The notes beneath the pieces were generated by a model. It was not told where the DNA came from and ran no database searches. It saw nothing but the letters and a program-made list of their open reading frames with translations. Made by a program: the position numbers and the translations under genes. A stretch of DNA of 63,202 bases, the filler included, from Globobulimina sp. (taxonomy: Eukaryota): NCBI GenBank assembly GCA_003354225.1. It is 56 parts of 56 records of this genome, joined end to end, with 100 filler letters (N's around TTAATTAATTAA, not from the genome) between each part and the next. Parts side by side here need not be neighbours in the genome. Positions count along the whole stretch, not along the records: positions 23,752 to 24,782 come from PIVH01025341.1; positions 24,883 to 25,913 come from PIVH01025342.1; positions 26,014 to 27,044 come from PIVH01025343.1; positions 27,145 to 28,175 come from PIVH01025344.1; positions 28,276 to 29,306 come from PIVH01025345.1; positions 29,407 to 30,437 come from PIVH01025346.1; positions 30,538 to 31,568 come from PIVH01025347.1; positions 31,669 to 32,699 come from PIVH01025348.1; 48 more parts are not named here. One strand, 5' to 3'. This document shows, one piece after another, positions 23,752 to 36,089 of this stretch (positions within the stretch are counted from its first letter, which is position 1; each line of letters starts with the position of its first letter).

Positions 23752-24782
23752 GCGCACCGGAATAACCTCTATCTTCCGGCAACGAGTACCATCTCTCACT
23801 CACTTCTCTGTTCTCCAAATCAATTTTGACGAGCTCGCCGCGATAGGTACAATTCTCACAACTCGACGATGTATACACACCGCCATACGCATACCGCCCA
23901 TCCACGACAAAGCCATCGGTCATACAATACCTCGCATTGCCGTTCACTGTCAATGGTATGCTGAACAATGTGCTGCCATCAGATTGTCGCAAGGCCAATG
24001 CATAGCAGGTACTGCTCATTGAGCCCCCATTTGGAGTGCCAATCAACACCGCTTTGTTGCCCTTGGAGTCTCTGTATAATGCTACGCCGTTCCGACTGAT
24101 CAATGCAAGCTCCGTATTGACAGCAGTCGAGATTCTTGTTTTCCAATTCACTGTACATGACTCCAAATCTATACTGCTGACATAGCCCGAACCATCCACA
24201 AAATAGCCATTGTTGCTATGTTTATCTGTGGCTATAAAGCCAGAGGCACCGGATGTGCTGTCTGGGTCTGCAGCGTCGGATAAATACGCACATAATGGCG
24301 CCAACCGGGCGATATTCGAGGTGTTGACCATCGAGGCAGTGGCTGCTCGTTGTTGGTTCGCTAAATTGCCTATGGAGTATAGAGTGTTTTTAATAGGATT
24401 ACAGAGTGTTTTTGAGTAAGGCATACCTCCCCAATTTGGCCAATCACCAAAGGGCCCGGGTTCAACATTTCTGCCTTCGGCATTCTGAGAAATGCCGTAT
24501 ATAATTAAGCCAAACACAACGATGACTATTAGGAAAATGAGCGGTGCGCCACCCAAAACACACTGTATTGGCGTGAATGGATCCAATTCCTTTTTTGTAT
24601 GGAAATACGGTTTGAATGTTTTCTCGCTCTTTGCTTCTTGTACTGGCTGTAGTGTCGCATCACATTTTTCCTCCTCTTCCTCTTCGAGTGTCTCGATGTC
24701 AGCATCGACGGTAAAGCGTCGCACTGCTTCTCTTGGATCGGCGATCAGTGCCTCTGTCATGCTATCGATTTGATGTTTCATT
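23752..24782 (-). CDS. Membrane-anchored PQQ-repeat beta-propeller (polyvinyl-alcohol dehydrogenase-like), partial; probable short intron near 24371-24426
   Basis: TM segment, then GDWPNWGG/NLANQ, NTSNIARL, GYVSSID..VNWK, YAYGGV..YRGELVKIDLE..W..GYSGA. Confidence 0.65.
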
Positions 24783-24882
24783 NNNNNNNNNNNNNNNNNN
24801 NNNNNNNNNNNNNNNNNNNNNNNNNNTTAATTAATTAANNNNNNNNNNNNNNNNNNNNNNNNNNNNNNNNNNNNNNNNNNNN

Positions 24883-25913
24883 GTGGATAACCAATACCAT
24901 TTTGTTGATGTTGTTGATGTGATTGTGCATCTTTTATACGTTGTAACATAGCTTTATCTCTCGCCATTTGTTTATTTCTTTTATGAATTGGATCGTCTTT
25001 GTGTTGATTCATAGCATGTGCATTATGGAAGGATGGAATACCACAGATTTGACATCCGCGATTTAATCTTTCTCGCAATCTCTCTCTATTGGTTAATTTT
25101 GGCTGCATTGGATTTTCTGGTTTGTAAACAAAATCATTATGTTCATAACGGTTATGCGAGAACGAGTGCGCTGGATTATTTTTCAAATTATATTGCTTTC
25201 GAAATTCTTTATCTCTCCACAGTTTCGTAGGTATTCGCACATTATCATACAGTATGCCTTTGACTGAATTTGATTTAAATGAAATCGATTGGTGTTTGCC
25301 CATATGATGCGGATATTTTACCAATGAAACCGGAAATGGAATACCCACATCGGTCGGTATTTTAGCTGCAATTCCAGTTTTTGCATAATCCACAGCTTTA
25401 CTGTGTGCTTTTGCTAATTCTAAGCATTGTTTTGAACCAACAGATAATTCTAAATCGCTAAAAGATTCATGCAATTCAGCAATGATACCGACACAGTCAT
25501 TTATCTGATAATCCAACCAATACTTGACACACATTGAAATATCAACATATCCACTCATTTTCAGCGGTTTGTCTGCATCATATTCCATGCAGTTAATGAT
25601 GTTTCCGTTTAAGGGCAATAAGTCGGATTGTACCACACATAGAAAATCATCACCGTCCAAATCACCGCCGGATAACTTATGCACTTGTGATGTACTGCAA
25701 TATTTACTCGATGCAGAAAAGACTAATACTTCACCATCGAACATTTCATCTAATTCTTTATAATAAACTGCATTAAATAATCGATAGGAGCCAGGGTGCA
25801 AACAGGGGTTTTTGAGTAAACCAATTGGACCACGATGTACGTAATAAATTGGATGTTTTGCATTACATCGCGCATTGTCACACTTTTCGTACCAATATTT
25901 AATACCGTTTTTG
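24883..25913 (-). CDS. Eukaryotic (RNAi-type) RNA-dependent RNA polymerase, catalytic region
   Basis: KNPCLHPG, LSGGDLDGDDF (DxDGD), LAKAHSKAVDYAKTG, YPHHM, SVKGILYD. Confidence 0.95.
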
Positions 25914-27414
25914 NNNNNNNNNNNNNNNNNNNNNNNNNNNNNNNNNNNNNNNNNNNNTTAATTAATTAANNNNNNNNNNNNNNNNNNNNNNNNNNNNNNN
26001 NNNNNNNNNNNNNAATCACAGTGTCGAATTGGCGGAGGAGCCACAGAAGGAAGAGAAAGTGTGGTCAGAAGGCGTTGAGTTGTCTATGAAGGTGGAGAAT
26101 GAAGGTTGGCCAGAGGTGGAATTTGCTTATTGTATTTTGGTCCCCGTCTCAAAAGGAATTTCCCCCCAGTTCAGTTCATTGTTCAAATTGTACCAAAAAA
26201 GTCTTCGGCCGAAGCAAAGAGAAAAAGGAAGGGCAGAGAACTTCCAATGGTACTTGTTATGTTTCCGGTATTTTGGTTGGTGCGAACTTGAAGCCTCGCG
26301 AACTTCTAACAAGCATCATGTCTTTATACCACAGAAGTGCAACTCTTAAAAGGCGGGCGTTGGGTGTCTCGCAAGACCCGACTTGTGCCTGCCCTTGAAA
26401 ATAACGACAATGACAGTGATATCGTGTCAAAGAAGTATGGTTTCCAAAGTGGCAGTGAGGATGTCACACATGGATAAAGAATGTAATTCCAAATCACTTC
26501 CAGTCAAAGAACGTAATCAGAAAGGTTCAAATGGGAATGCTAACACTAGAATGGATGTGTGGAAGATTGATAGCCACAAGGAGAGAACACAAGAGAAATA
26601 CAAGAAATAGTGATGGATTATGGCAATACCAACAAGCCAATGGGAAGATAAAGCCAGGAGAATCGACTATCAAGACGCCAGAATGTGAATAAAAGAACGA
26701 GAACAGAGAGAGAAGATTTGTCGTCATTGGATTCAAAATGTATATATGTCATTGTTCGTAATTCCCCTCAAAGAAACCTACTTTGATTATTGGTAGGGGA
26801 GGGAGTAATATGTTATATTACTAGCTATTGTATTGGAAACAACCTTTTTGTGTAAATATCAATTATTTGTGGTAATGCATTATGTAAATAATAGGTAATG
26901 TGATTTATGGTAATGAATGTATGAAAAGTTCTCATGTAAGCAAGACAACAGGCACGACTCAATGGCACATTCCACCATCAATCAGCAACGCAAACGACAA
27001 TTTATTGTAAAGCCCACATAATATGCAAACACTACTGCAAGTTCNNNNNNNNNNNNNNNNNNNNNNNNNNNNNNNNNNNNNNNNNNNNTTAATTAATTAA
27101 NNNNNNNNNNNNNNNNNNNNNNNNNNNNNNNNNNNNNNNNNNNNAAAATATCGATTCTTGAAAAAAGTAAATCGGGACGAGTCGATTTTAGATTGTCCTA
27201 AATATGATTTTTGATTCGTCGTAGATACTTTTATACGAAATTCTCTCGTAAAAATCATATTTAGGATCGCCAATCTAAAAATCATATTTAGGATCGCCAT
27301 GAAATGTAACGGTCTCGAAAATCACTTAGTTGGGTATAGTCAATTTAGTTACTATTTAGCAACTATTTAGGCAACTATTTAGGAAACCTAGGCTCCAATC
27401 TTTTCCAAATCGCA

Positions 27415-27924
27415 GTGAACATAATGTCGACAGTGATCAGTTGTGCTTTATCAAAATCCAGATCAACTATTGCTAGACTCTCAAATATTCCATTTTTAAA
27501 ACGGCAAAGTATTCACCGTCTTGTTGGGAGCGATGTATTTGCGTTGAGTGGATGTGATCAGTTCGAAGTCCATTCAATGGACAGAGTTATTTGCACTATA
27601 TATGGAACAGAAAGAGGTGAATGTACATTGAATATGTTGAATGATGGTAATAAATCAATTGAAGCGGTGGTAACAGAGATGATGACCAGTGAATATACTA
27701 CGCCTGGCGATGAATATGATTGGGGAATAAATTATGAATATCTGCGTCTTTGCCATTATTCAAATAACTTAGAAACACTATGCAAAGACGGATTGGATTA
27801 TATTGATGAAAAATTTAAGGATGCATTTGAGAATGAACAGATGTGGATTATGCGACAAGTAATAGAGCAGAAAGAGGAGAAAGGCTGGAATATTCATCAT
27901 TGGATGTTATTTGAAAAAGAATGA
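27415..27924 (+). CDS. Hypothetical protein
   Basis: About 165-aa ORF; no family recognised. Confidence 0.35.
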   Translation: MNIMSTVISCALSKSRSTIARLSNIPFLKRQSIHRLVGSDVFALSGCDQFEVHSMDRVICTIYGTERGECTLNMLNDGNKSIEAVVTEMMTSEYTTPGDEYDWGINYEYLRLCHYSNNLETLCKDGLDYIDEKFKDAFENEQMWIMRQVIEQKEEKGWNIHHWMLFEKE

Positions 27925-28043
27925 AGAAATTGAAACTCGATCAGTGCAATACGATCAATATTTATGATCAGAGAATTGCCATTCATATTCAATGCGTATT
28001 CATTGTTTGCCATAAACTTCAACTTTTTCACTCCCACTCGATC

Positions 28044-28175
28044 ATGGATTTTATCTCGTATGCATTCGTATTATTAACTGTTGCTGCTTATTCCCAATGC
28101 GATATCAATATTACACAATCATCAACAATAACAATTCCTGACAATAACCCAAACGGAATCCAAGACAATATAACC
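28044..28175 (+). CDS. Secreted protein, probable proprotein-convertase P-domain start, partial
   Basis: Signal peptide MDFISYAFVLLTVAAYS, then TIPDNNPNGIQDNIT. Confidence 0.5.
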
Positions 28176-28276
28176 NNNNNNNNNNNNNNNNNNNNNNNNN
28201 NNNNNNNNNNNNNNNNNNNTTAATTAATTAANNNNNNNNNNNNNNNNNNNNNNNNNNNNNNNNNNNNNNNNNNNNC

Positions 28277-28996
28277 CAAAAAAAGAAAAAGCCAACAAAA
28301 CAAAGCCAAACACAGCAAGTCAACAATGCAATCCATAAATTACGCGAACATGTGTCCATGTTAAATAAACGAAAAGTGCATTCAGAAAAACAAATTACAA
28401 ATTACAATAAGACCGCTCAACAATGTGTAAAAAAGAAGAATCGAAAAGGTGCAATGGCCCAAATAAAATTGCGAAAACAGGTCGAAAAAAGAGTGGCAAC
28501 ATTAGAGAATCAAATATTTAATTTGGAGGTGCAAATAATGGCATTGGATGAGACATTGATGAACCGCAACATGTTGGACGCCATGAAGACTGCCCGCAAT
28601 GCGATGCACGTCGAAAACCCAGATGCGATGATTGAAAAAGTGGAACAAACGCAAGAAGATATTGCAGAAGCACTGGAATTGCAGCAGGAAATGACCGATT
28701 TGATGAGCCGGCCATTAGTCGACTATGATGAGGATGAGTTAGAGGCAGAATTAGCGGAATTGGACGATGAAGTAATGGATGACGGATTATTGTATGGTGG
28801 AATGCGAATGAATATGAATAAGAGTATGAATAATAAAAATAAAAAATATAAAGTTGAAGAAAAGGAAGAGTTTGAAAGTGAGGAAGAGGCTGAGGCTCAA
28901 TTTAAAAAATTAGAAATGGAGTTGAATTTAAATGCAAATATTATCGATGTCCAAGTTGTTCAAACATCAGCACCAAAAATGATAATTGCGTGTTAA
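28277..28996 (+). CDS. SNF7: ESCRT-III Snf7/CHMP4 family protein, 5'-truncated
   Basis: KNRKGAMAQIKLRKQVEK..LENQIFNLEVQ..MLDAMK..DYDEDELEAELAEL. Confidence 0.85.
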   Translation, partial: QKKKKPTKQSQTQQVNNAIHKLREHVSMLNKRKVHSEKQITNYNKTAQQCVKKKNRKGAMAQIKLRKQVEKRVATLENQIFNLEVQIMALDETLMNRNMLDAMKTARNAMHVENPDAMIEKVEQTQEDIAEALELQQEMTDLMSRPLVDYDEDELEAELAELDDEVMDDGLLYGGMRMNMNKSMNNKNKKYKVEEKEEFESEEEAEAQFKKLEMELNLNANIIDVQVVQTSAPKMIIAC

Positions 28997-29407
28997 AGCC
29001 AAAATATTCGATTTTTTTTATTGTTATTGGTAATCTGATGCATTTTCTTTTGATTGTTCCAATCTGAGAATTAATGTTTTAATTAAATATCAAATTTGAA
29101 AGTGTTTTTTTTTTCCACGTATTTAGAGTGTATCCTTGCACTTGCTAAAGTACCGAAAACTTTAATTGAAGTTTTGAAGAGACGCAAATTATACAATTTT
29201 CATGATAAAATAATATGGTGGCAAATGTGATGACCCAGAAGATGTCGCTTGATGTGATCCATGTGCTTGACGAATATTGTTGGATCCTGCTGTAGATCAA
29301 TTAACTNNNNNNNNNNNNNNNNNNNNNNNNNNNNNNNNNNNNNNNNNNNNTTAATTAATTAANNNNNNNNNNNNNNNNNNNNNNNNNNNNNNNNNNNNNN
29401 NNNNNNA

Positions 29408-30205
29408 TTCTCCCTTACATGATGATAATGATACTTCTGGTCGACGATACAGAGAATTTAATCCAACGTTTAATATGTCCGGCAAACACATCAATAAAAC
29501 AAAAAGAACAGTGAAGAAGTTATGGAGTGACAATGCGCGAGATATTAATGAAATAAATTCGCTTCATGCATTTTGGCTGAAATGGTACGAGTATGACCCT
29601 CTCGATGAGGATGAGGAGGAGTCCGATGATGATGATTTTAAAAATTATAGCATCAATGTACTGTCGCCGCAAGTATCTACCATACATAGCACCTTTAAAC
29701 AAGCCGAAGAAGCGAGTATGAAAAGAGATTATTTAGATTTCATGCATCAAAAAAAAGTATATAGTAAAAAATACGAGGAAATTAATATTGAAAACGATAT
29801 TAAAGAGCCGCCAGAGCAGAACCATGGAAATGCCACACCGCAGCAATTAACCACGCAACAAGTGCCTGATCCCGATGATATTCCTAAAATTCAAGCATTG
29901 AAAATAATATCCAGCCGACCTGCAATGAAAAATTGGTTGCAAGAATACAAAAATAAACCAGGCAGTGCGTGTGGAGAATGTAAGCAAATATTTAAAAGAT
30001 TTCGTTGGGAAAACGATGTCTCGTATACATTGCCTATGAATTTATGGAACTGGGAGTCTGTCGTATCGTTTATTGAAGAAAACGAATATTTAAAGCATTT
30101 TAGCAGTATTTTTTATGAATATCAAATTGATGGACAAGAATTGATAAATATGAACTTTAAAACCTTTGAATATTTGATTGAAAATGCATTGATGGAAAAT
30201 CAAAA
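29408..30205 (+). CDS. SAM-domain protein, partial exon
   Basis: WNWESVVSFI..LKHFSSIFYEYQIDGQELINM. Confidence 0.65.
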
Positions 30206-30539
30206 TGTATGTCACCTCTTCTTTTTTTTTTCTTCAAAGGTAGAGCAATGATATGCGCTCTAATTTAAATTAAATACGTCACACGACATTTATCCAACAT
30301 TTGTAAAACATTTGTGTATATAACAAAAACATGGACACAAACGTTTTTGTTGTATCACAATCAAAAATAACACAAAAATAGCACATAACAGATACACAAT
30401 ACACAAAAATGTTTCACATAGATAAGATTAAATAAAANNNNNNNNNNNNNNNNNNNNNNNNNNNNNNNNNNNNNNNNNNNNTTAATTAATTAANNNNNNN
30501 NNNNNNNNNNNNNNNNNNNNNNNNNNNNNNNNNNNNNGG

Positions 30540-31001
30540 CAAACTTTTGGGGCACGGTTTAATCCAGGGAGAGACTATTTATTGTTTGCTATAGTTTCTG
30601 GGGTTAGAGACTATAATGGAGAATATACTATTTTTAAGCCAAAAGGTTTGCCAGAAAAAATAGCATGGTTTACAGAAAGCGAAAATAAAATTTTTATATC
30701 TGATACAGTATGTGATTGTGGGGAAAGTAGTGAATGCTCATTAGAAGATGCACAAAGATGGGCTACTTATGATAGTGAGATCAAGATTATGTATAATAAT
30801 GATCGACCTACTTGGGTAACTCATCCTGATTGGCATAGTCATTCATGGCTAGGTTATGATGAATACAAAAAGGCTCTTGAAAAATATTATAGCTACCCAA
30901 ACAGAATAGGGTACGATGAGTATAAAGTAATTTTAAATATGATGAAATCATTTATAGATGAAAATTATGAATCAAGAATTGTTTTTTGGTTTGATAATTA
31001 A
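30540..31001 (+). CDS. Phage-like hypothetical protein, 5'-truncated
   Basis: RDYLLFAIVSGVR..PKGLP..DWHSHSWL..RIVFWFDN resembles a common uncharacterised phage family; intronless and tightly packed. Confidence 0.7.
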   Translation, partial: QTFGARFNPGRDYLLFAIVSGVRDYNGEYTIFKPKGLPEKIAWFTESENKIFISDTVCDCGESSECSLEDAQRWATYDSEIKIMYNNDRPTWVTHPDWHSHSWLGYDEYKKALEKYYSYPNRIGYDEYKVILNMMKSFIDENYESRIVFWFDN

Positions 31002-31023
31002 TAAATAATACAGGAGAAAAATA

Positions 31024-31209
31024 ATGAAAAAAATAATAATTATATTTAGTTTTTTTATTTTAATCAGTTGCACAGATATAGAAGATAAAACTAAAGCTTT
31101 GCAATCATTTCAAAAAGGTTGCAAAGTTAAAGTTTCTGCAAAATTTAGCATTGGTTCTTGGAATAATTATTTTGAACTTTCTTGTGATGACATAAAAGAA
31201 ATAAAATAA
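31024..31209 (+). CDS. Small phage-like lipoprotein
   Basis: SD CAGGAG; MKK + hydrophobic core + LISC lipobox. Confidence 0.65.
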   Translation: MKKIIIIFSFFILISCTDIEDKTKALQSFQKGCKVKVSAKFSIGSWNNYFELSCDDIKEIK

Positions 31210-31272
31210 TTAACGGACAAAATACTGATTATGTCACATAGTATTAAAATTTAAATAAAAAGGAGTAAAAAT

Positions 31273-31568
31273 ATGAATTTTTATAAAATAGAAATTTTAC
31301 ATGCAGCACCAAAGGATAACATAACAGCTTATCGTGAATTTGTTTTTGCGAACAATGATGAAGAAATCTATAATTATATAGATAAAGAATTGATGTATGA
31401 TATTTGGTCGGACAAGACAGAAGAAGATAGAACTTTTGATATTTATGATGATGAGTATAATGTCATAGGGACTGAGACATTTAAAGAGAAAATGATAAGA
31501 CTTAAAGGTGAAATATATGATGAGGATGTTGATTTTTCTGATGCTTATTATGGTGTAACTCTTTATGG
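31273..31568 (+). CDS. Phage-like hypothetical protein, 3'-truncated
   Basis: SD AAGGAG; acidic open frame to the contig end. Confidence 0.65.
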
Positions 31569-32098
31569 NNNNNNNNNNNNNNNNNNNNNNNNNNNNNNNN
31601 NNNNNNNNNNNNTTAATTAATTAANNNNNNNNNNNNNNNNNNNNNNNNNNNNNNNNNNNNNNNNNNNNCACTGTGTTTACATAAAAAGTAGTGGTTAAAC
31701 AGTAAATATACTGTTTGTCTATTTGTTTTTTCAGAGAAAAACAATGGAAGATGATATTGTTTTTTTGATAGGCATAAAAATATAAATTGAACACTTTAAA
31801 CACCAGCACACACATAAACATATACAAACTGATTGCAACAAGCTACAATTAAGATTTATTGATATTTAATCTAAATTGCAACAAATTGTAACAACTTCAA
31901 ACTTTTTTTCTTAAAGAATTATAAAGCAGTTGAAGCAGATTTTTCACATTGTAACAAATTGCAACAATGTAGGACCTAGGACCTAGGGTCCAATTTTCAT
32001 TACGTAATTTAACATCACTCCCTAATTTTTCAATTGATAGTCTTCAAACAAACAAAAATCAACAAACATGGATCCCAAAACCTTATCCAAAAAGTGAT

Positions 32099-32699
32099 CT
32101 AATTCCATCTTATCTCCTGAAGTTCAAAATTTTCATTACATCCTAACGGTTGAATTAACCAACGTTCATTCCATCCGCATATGTTACAATTCCTATTTGT
32201 AATTACGAAACAAAATCCATTTACAGCTGTTTTGATATTTCTTGAAATATTATTTAAATCATTTACAATATCATTTGCATCCAATTCCTTTGCATCTTCT
32301 TTATTCATTCTGTTCATATCACAAATAAACATAAAATCATTTATTTCCGATGATTCCAACAATAATAATACAATTCGAGAAATTTTAAAAATTATACTTT
32401 TCAAATCAATTTTTGATTTTCTCGCCCCATTCATTCTGATTTTCATTTGTTTTCTTTTTATTTGTTTGTTTTGAAATAAACCGATTTCGATCCCATACAA
32501 TATTGACCCATAATTTTCATCATCTACCTCAACTCCAAAATATTCGAGTGATTTACATTCAAAAATCCGAGGAATAATAATTTTTAAATGCTGTGGTGAC
32601 GGAGATATTAAATTATACGCAAATGGATCAATATAAACTTTTTTAATATTTTGTCCAGATTTTAATATTTCGTTTATTGTTTTAGTGGATGGTGCACAC
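32099..32699 (-). CDS. Hypothetical protein C-terminus
   Basis: Frame appears open from the contig edge to the stop; no family recognised. Confidence 0.35.
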
Positions 32700-32799
32700 N
32701 NNNNNNNNNNNNNNNNNNNNNNNNNNNNNNNNNNNNNNNNNNNTTAATTAATTAANNNNNNNNNNNNNNNNNNNNNNNNNNNNNNNNNNNNNNNNNNNN

Positions 32800-33640
32800 A
32801 CTTGTCAAATTCTGCCACTGTTATTGGCATTGCTGACGACCTGGTTTATCTAAGGAAGGCCCAGTCTGTGACAGAACAAGCGGCTATTATCCAAGATATA
32901 AATGCCATTTCAAGTTGTTATCATTCTTTGGATTTGAAGCTTAATATTAACAAAACGAAATATATGCTATTCACATTGTCTGATGTATTTCCAAAACCTG
33001 AATTTCACCCTCCATTTCTGGTCAACAGATTGACCAAGTTCAGTCATACAAGTACCTGGGTGTTTGGCTCGATCCTAAGCTCTCTTGGAGTGAACATTGT
33101 GCCAAGACCACTCTCAAATGTAAGCGTGCAATTGGGGCATATTCGCGGACATGTCGACGATTTGTGCCACAATTTGTATTTCGAAAGCTATATTGCCATA
33201 CTATTTTACCATCACTCCTTTACTCGATCCCTGTGTTGTGGCCAATTTATGAGAAGGATCAGAGAAAGTTTGAGTCTGTTCACAAGTATGCGGCAAAGTT
33301 AGCGACCAATAATTTTGTTTCATCTTATGATCATCTTCAATCTCTACTTGGATGGCATTCCATTAATCACATTGCAGCTGAGCGGAGGCTATTGTTGTTA
33401 TACAAATACCATCAAGAATTACGATTTTTACCGGATGACGTTATGAAGCTTAAAGAAACTCATCTATCTACTAGAGCGAGCATTAATAATTCTTATCAAT
33501 ATGTATTACCAAATGTAACACGTGATCGCTGTAATAAGACATTTTTTGTGCGTTCAATTAATGTTTGGAATTCTTTGCCTGATAGTATGATTACTTTGGA
33601 TTTGTTTCATTTTAAGAAAGCAGTGAGGCGTCGTCAGTGA
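32800..33640 (+). mobile_element. Non-LTR retrotransposon (CR1/L2-like) RT C-terminus, frameshifted
   Basis: ADD, LKLNINKTKYM, then in the shifted frame YKYLGVWLDPKLSWSEH, ILPSLLY, FFVRSINVWNSLP. Confidence 0.85.
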
Positions 33641-34230
33641 GTGAGTACAGTTTTCTCCTTACTAATTACATATTACTAATAACTGTGCTCACTCGCGCGG
33701 TGTCTCACTGCTTTGAGTAACAGTATAAATAAAGCTTGTGTGTGAAAAAAGTAATTAAAGGCAGTGAGCCAGGGCGCGTCTCCTGACTCCGCCTCTTTTT
33801 AGTAGGCCAAAAAAAGACATTTTAGTAGGNNNNNNNNNNNNNNNNNNNNNNNNNNNNNNNNNNNNNNNNNNNNTTAATTAATTAANNNNNNNNNNNNNNN
33901 NNNNNNNNNNNNNNNNNNNNNNNNNNNNNCCCCATCGAGCAAGATGGTGAATTAATCAACGATAGCCAATGTGACATATGTCAAGAATGGTTTTGGTTTC
34001 CGGATGAGCTGAAACAACATCGGATGGACGAACACGAGGTCGCAGGTGGCAGCAGTGTTCAGTACCAATGCGCATACATCGGATGCAACGAAATGTTCGA
34101 TACCAGGCAGAACCAAGCAGCTCACATGAATGAGCACGTCAAACCGACTGAAGAGGAGCCGGAGGAACAGAACGAGACCTATGGTAAGTAATATGTAGCT
34201 CAGTTTCATAGCCATTTACACGTATTGCAG

Positions 34231-34959
34231 GACTCATCCATGACGACCTGCTGGACAACGCAGAAGTTCTGATGGACTCGAGCAGCGCAAAAGCGCTTTA
34301 CACCACTCACGGAGAGCCCATCGTCGACCGGTCGGGTCTGAAAACGTTCAAAAGCGTTCGAACCAGGTAGTCATTCAAACTGACTCCCAGGGCTTTGAGA
34401 TTGTGTCAAGAAGGCCAAGCATTGCAGGTGCTCTGCAAAGTGATCGGTTCAATGACGAAGAAAATCGTTGATAAATCTGGACACATCCAAGTGAAAGTCC
34501 TAGCCGAATCGCTGGAAAATCCAATAACGCTGCCCTTAATTCCATGCAAAATATTCCAACCATTGGTTCTCTTGAATTACATCGAAAGTGTAATGTCGTC
34601 TAAAGATCAACTCTCGTTGGACGAAACGTTGACCTTCGACATAATTCACGTGGGAGACATGAGCGGCGCGGGACGTCGGATGACGGGCACAATACTCGAC
34701 TCGTACCTTAAAAGACGTTCAGGGGTCTTCGACGCAAAGAACTGGGATAATCGATGCCTGGGGCTATGTCTCGCGGCCTCCATCATGATCGCCGAAAAAC
34801 CCAACGACTTTCTCCAAGCGAAGTTTTACAAGGATCCACAAAAGTGCAAGGAATTACAACAATTGGCAAACGCGCTATACCTAAGAGCTGAAGTCGACCC
34901 GGACAAGGAATGCGGCGAAGCCGAACTGGAAAAATTTCAAGCGATTTTCGACAACAAGC
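34231..34959 (+). mobile_element. Polinton/Maverick (adintovirus-like) protein-primed DNA polymerase N-terminal region, partial
   Basis: LNYIESVMSS..LTFDIIHV..GAGR..DNRCLGLCLA..ANALYLRAEV...CGEAELEKFQ pattern recalled from invertebrate Polinton-type PolB. Confidence 0.55.
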
Positions 34960-35155
34960 NNNNNNNNNNNNNNNNNNNNNNNNNNNNNNNNNNNNNNNNN
35001 NNNTTAATTAATTAANNNNNNNNNNNNNNNNNNNNNNNNNNNNNNNNNNNNNNNNNNNNAGCATGCTGGCTGGTCCCGACCACACTCGGAGCTTGATAGA
35101 GCGCGGCGTCGGGCTGAGCCCGTGCTTCAGCTGTGGTTTTTCATGAATTTGCTCG

Positions 35156-35445
35156 TGAAATCAAATGCGGCACTGATTAATATTTCGCGCGGACCTGTTG
35201 TCGATACGGAAGCGTTAACGCAAGCGTTAAAGTCGAGTCAGATAAGAGCGGCTGCTTTGGATGTGACGGATCCAGAACCTTTACCGATAGATCATGAGTT
35301 ATGGACATTGGATAATGTCACTATATTGCCACATATCGGAAGTTCTACTGTTGGAACAAGACAAAGAATGATGAATTTGTCACTTGATAATATGTTACGT
35401 GTATTGAATGATGTTAAGTGCACAAACATTGTTAATTCAACATGA
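35156..35445 (+). CDS. Glyoxylate/hydroxypyruvate reductase (D-2-hydroxyacid dehydrogenase) C-terminus
   Basis: [28 protein letters not shown]. Confidence 0.9.
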
Positions 35446-35509
35446 GTGTTTTTGTTAGCGGAGTATTGAAAAGTTTTCGGTCAAAATTATTTAATACAAA
35501 TCGTCAATA

Positions 35510-36089
35510 ATGTCTAAAGCAATAAGGGCAGCGTCAGCTGGAAAATTAACAAAATTAAAACAAATTGTAAAACAAAATGGATTGGTTGTGAATCAATGCA
35601 ATCGTGATGGATACACTGTATTATCGACAGCAATATCATCTCAACAATACCAAATCATTGATTATTTATTACACGATGATGATATTTCAAACATAATTGA
35701 TGTTAATGTTGGACATAATAATGTTTCACCAATCTTTGTTGCATTAAACACAAACAATGAAGATATTGCAATTCAACTAATCGATCACGGGGCTAATCCA
35801 AATACATTGTGTCCAAATAATACATCAATCATTCATTATTGTCTCCAATCAAATCTGTTGCGTTTGATTCGCAAATTATTTAAAAACCCAACATTTGATT
35901 ATAAAATAATGTCAATTACAAATGAAAATATTTTTCATATTATTGTCGACACTGAAAACGAAAAACTATTGAGTAATATCATCAATTTAATAGATAATAC
36001 GGGCAATACAAAAGATATTGAGATAATGATGAATGCGTTAAATAGTTCAAATCACACTCCATTATGGAAATCAATTAAACAAAATCGAG
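35510..36089 (+). CDS. Ankyrin-repeat protein, partial
   Basis: DGYTVLSTA, SPIFVAL..LIDHGANPN, HTPLW. Confidence 0.85.

Noticed and set aside
26014-27044. Several overlapping short ORFs
   Set aside because: No recognisable family and no consistent frame
27249-27385. Short tandem duplications (TAAAAATCATATTTAGGATCGCCA x2; ACTATTTAG x3)
   Set aside because: Ordinary local slippage repeats with no spacers or associated genes
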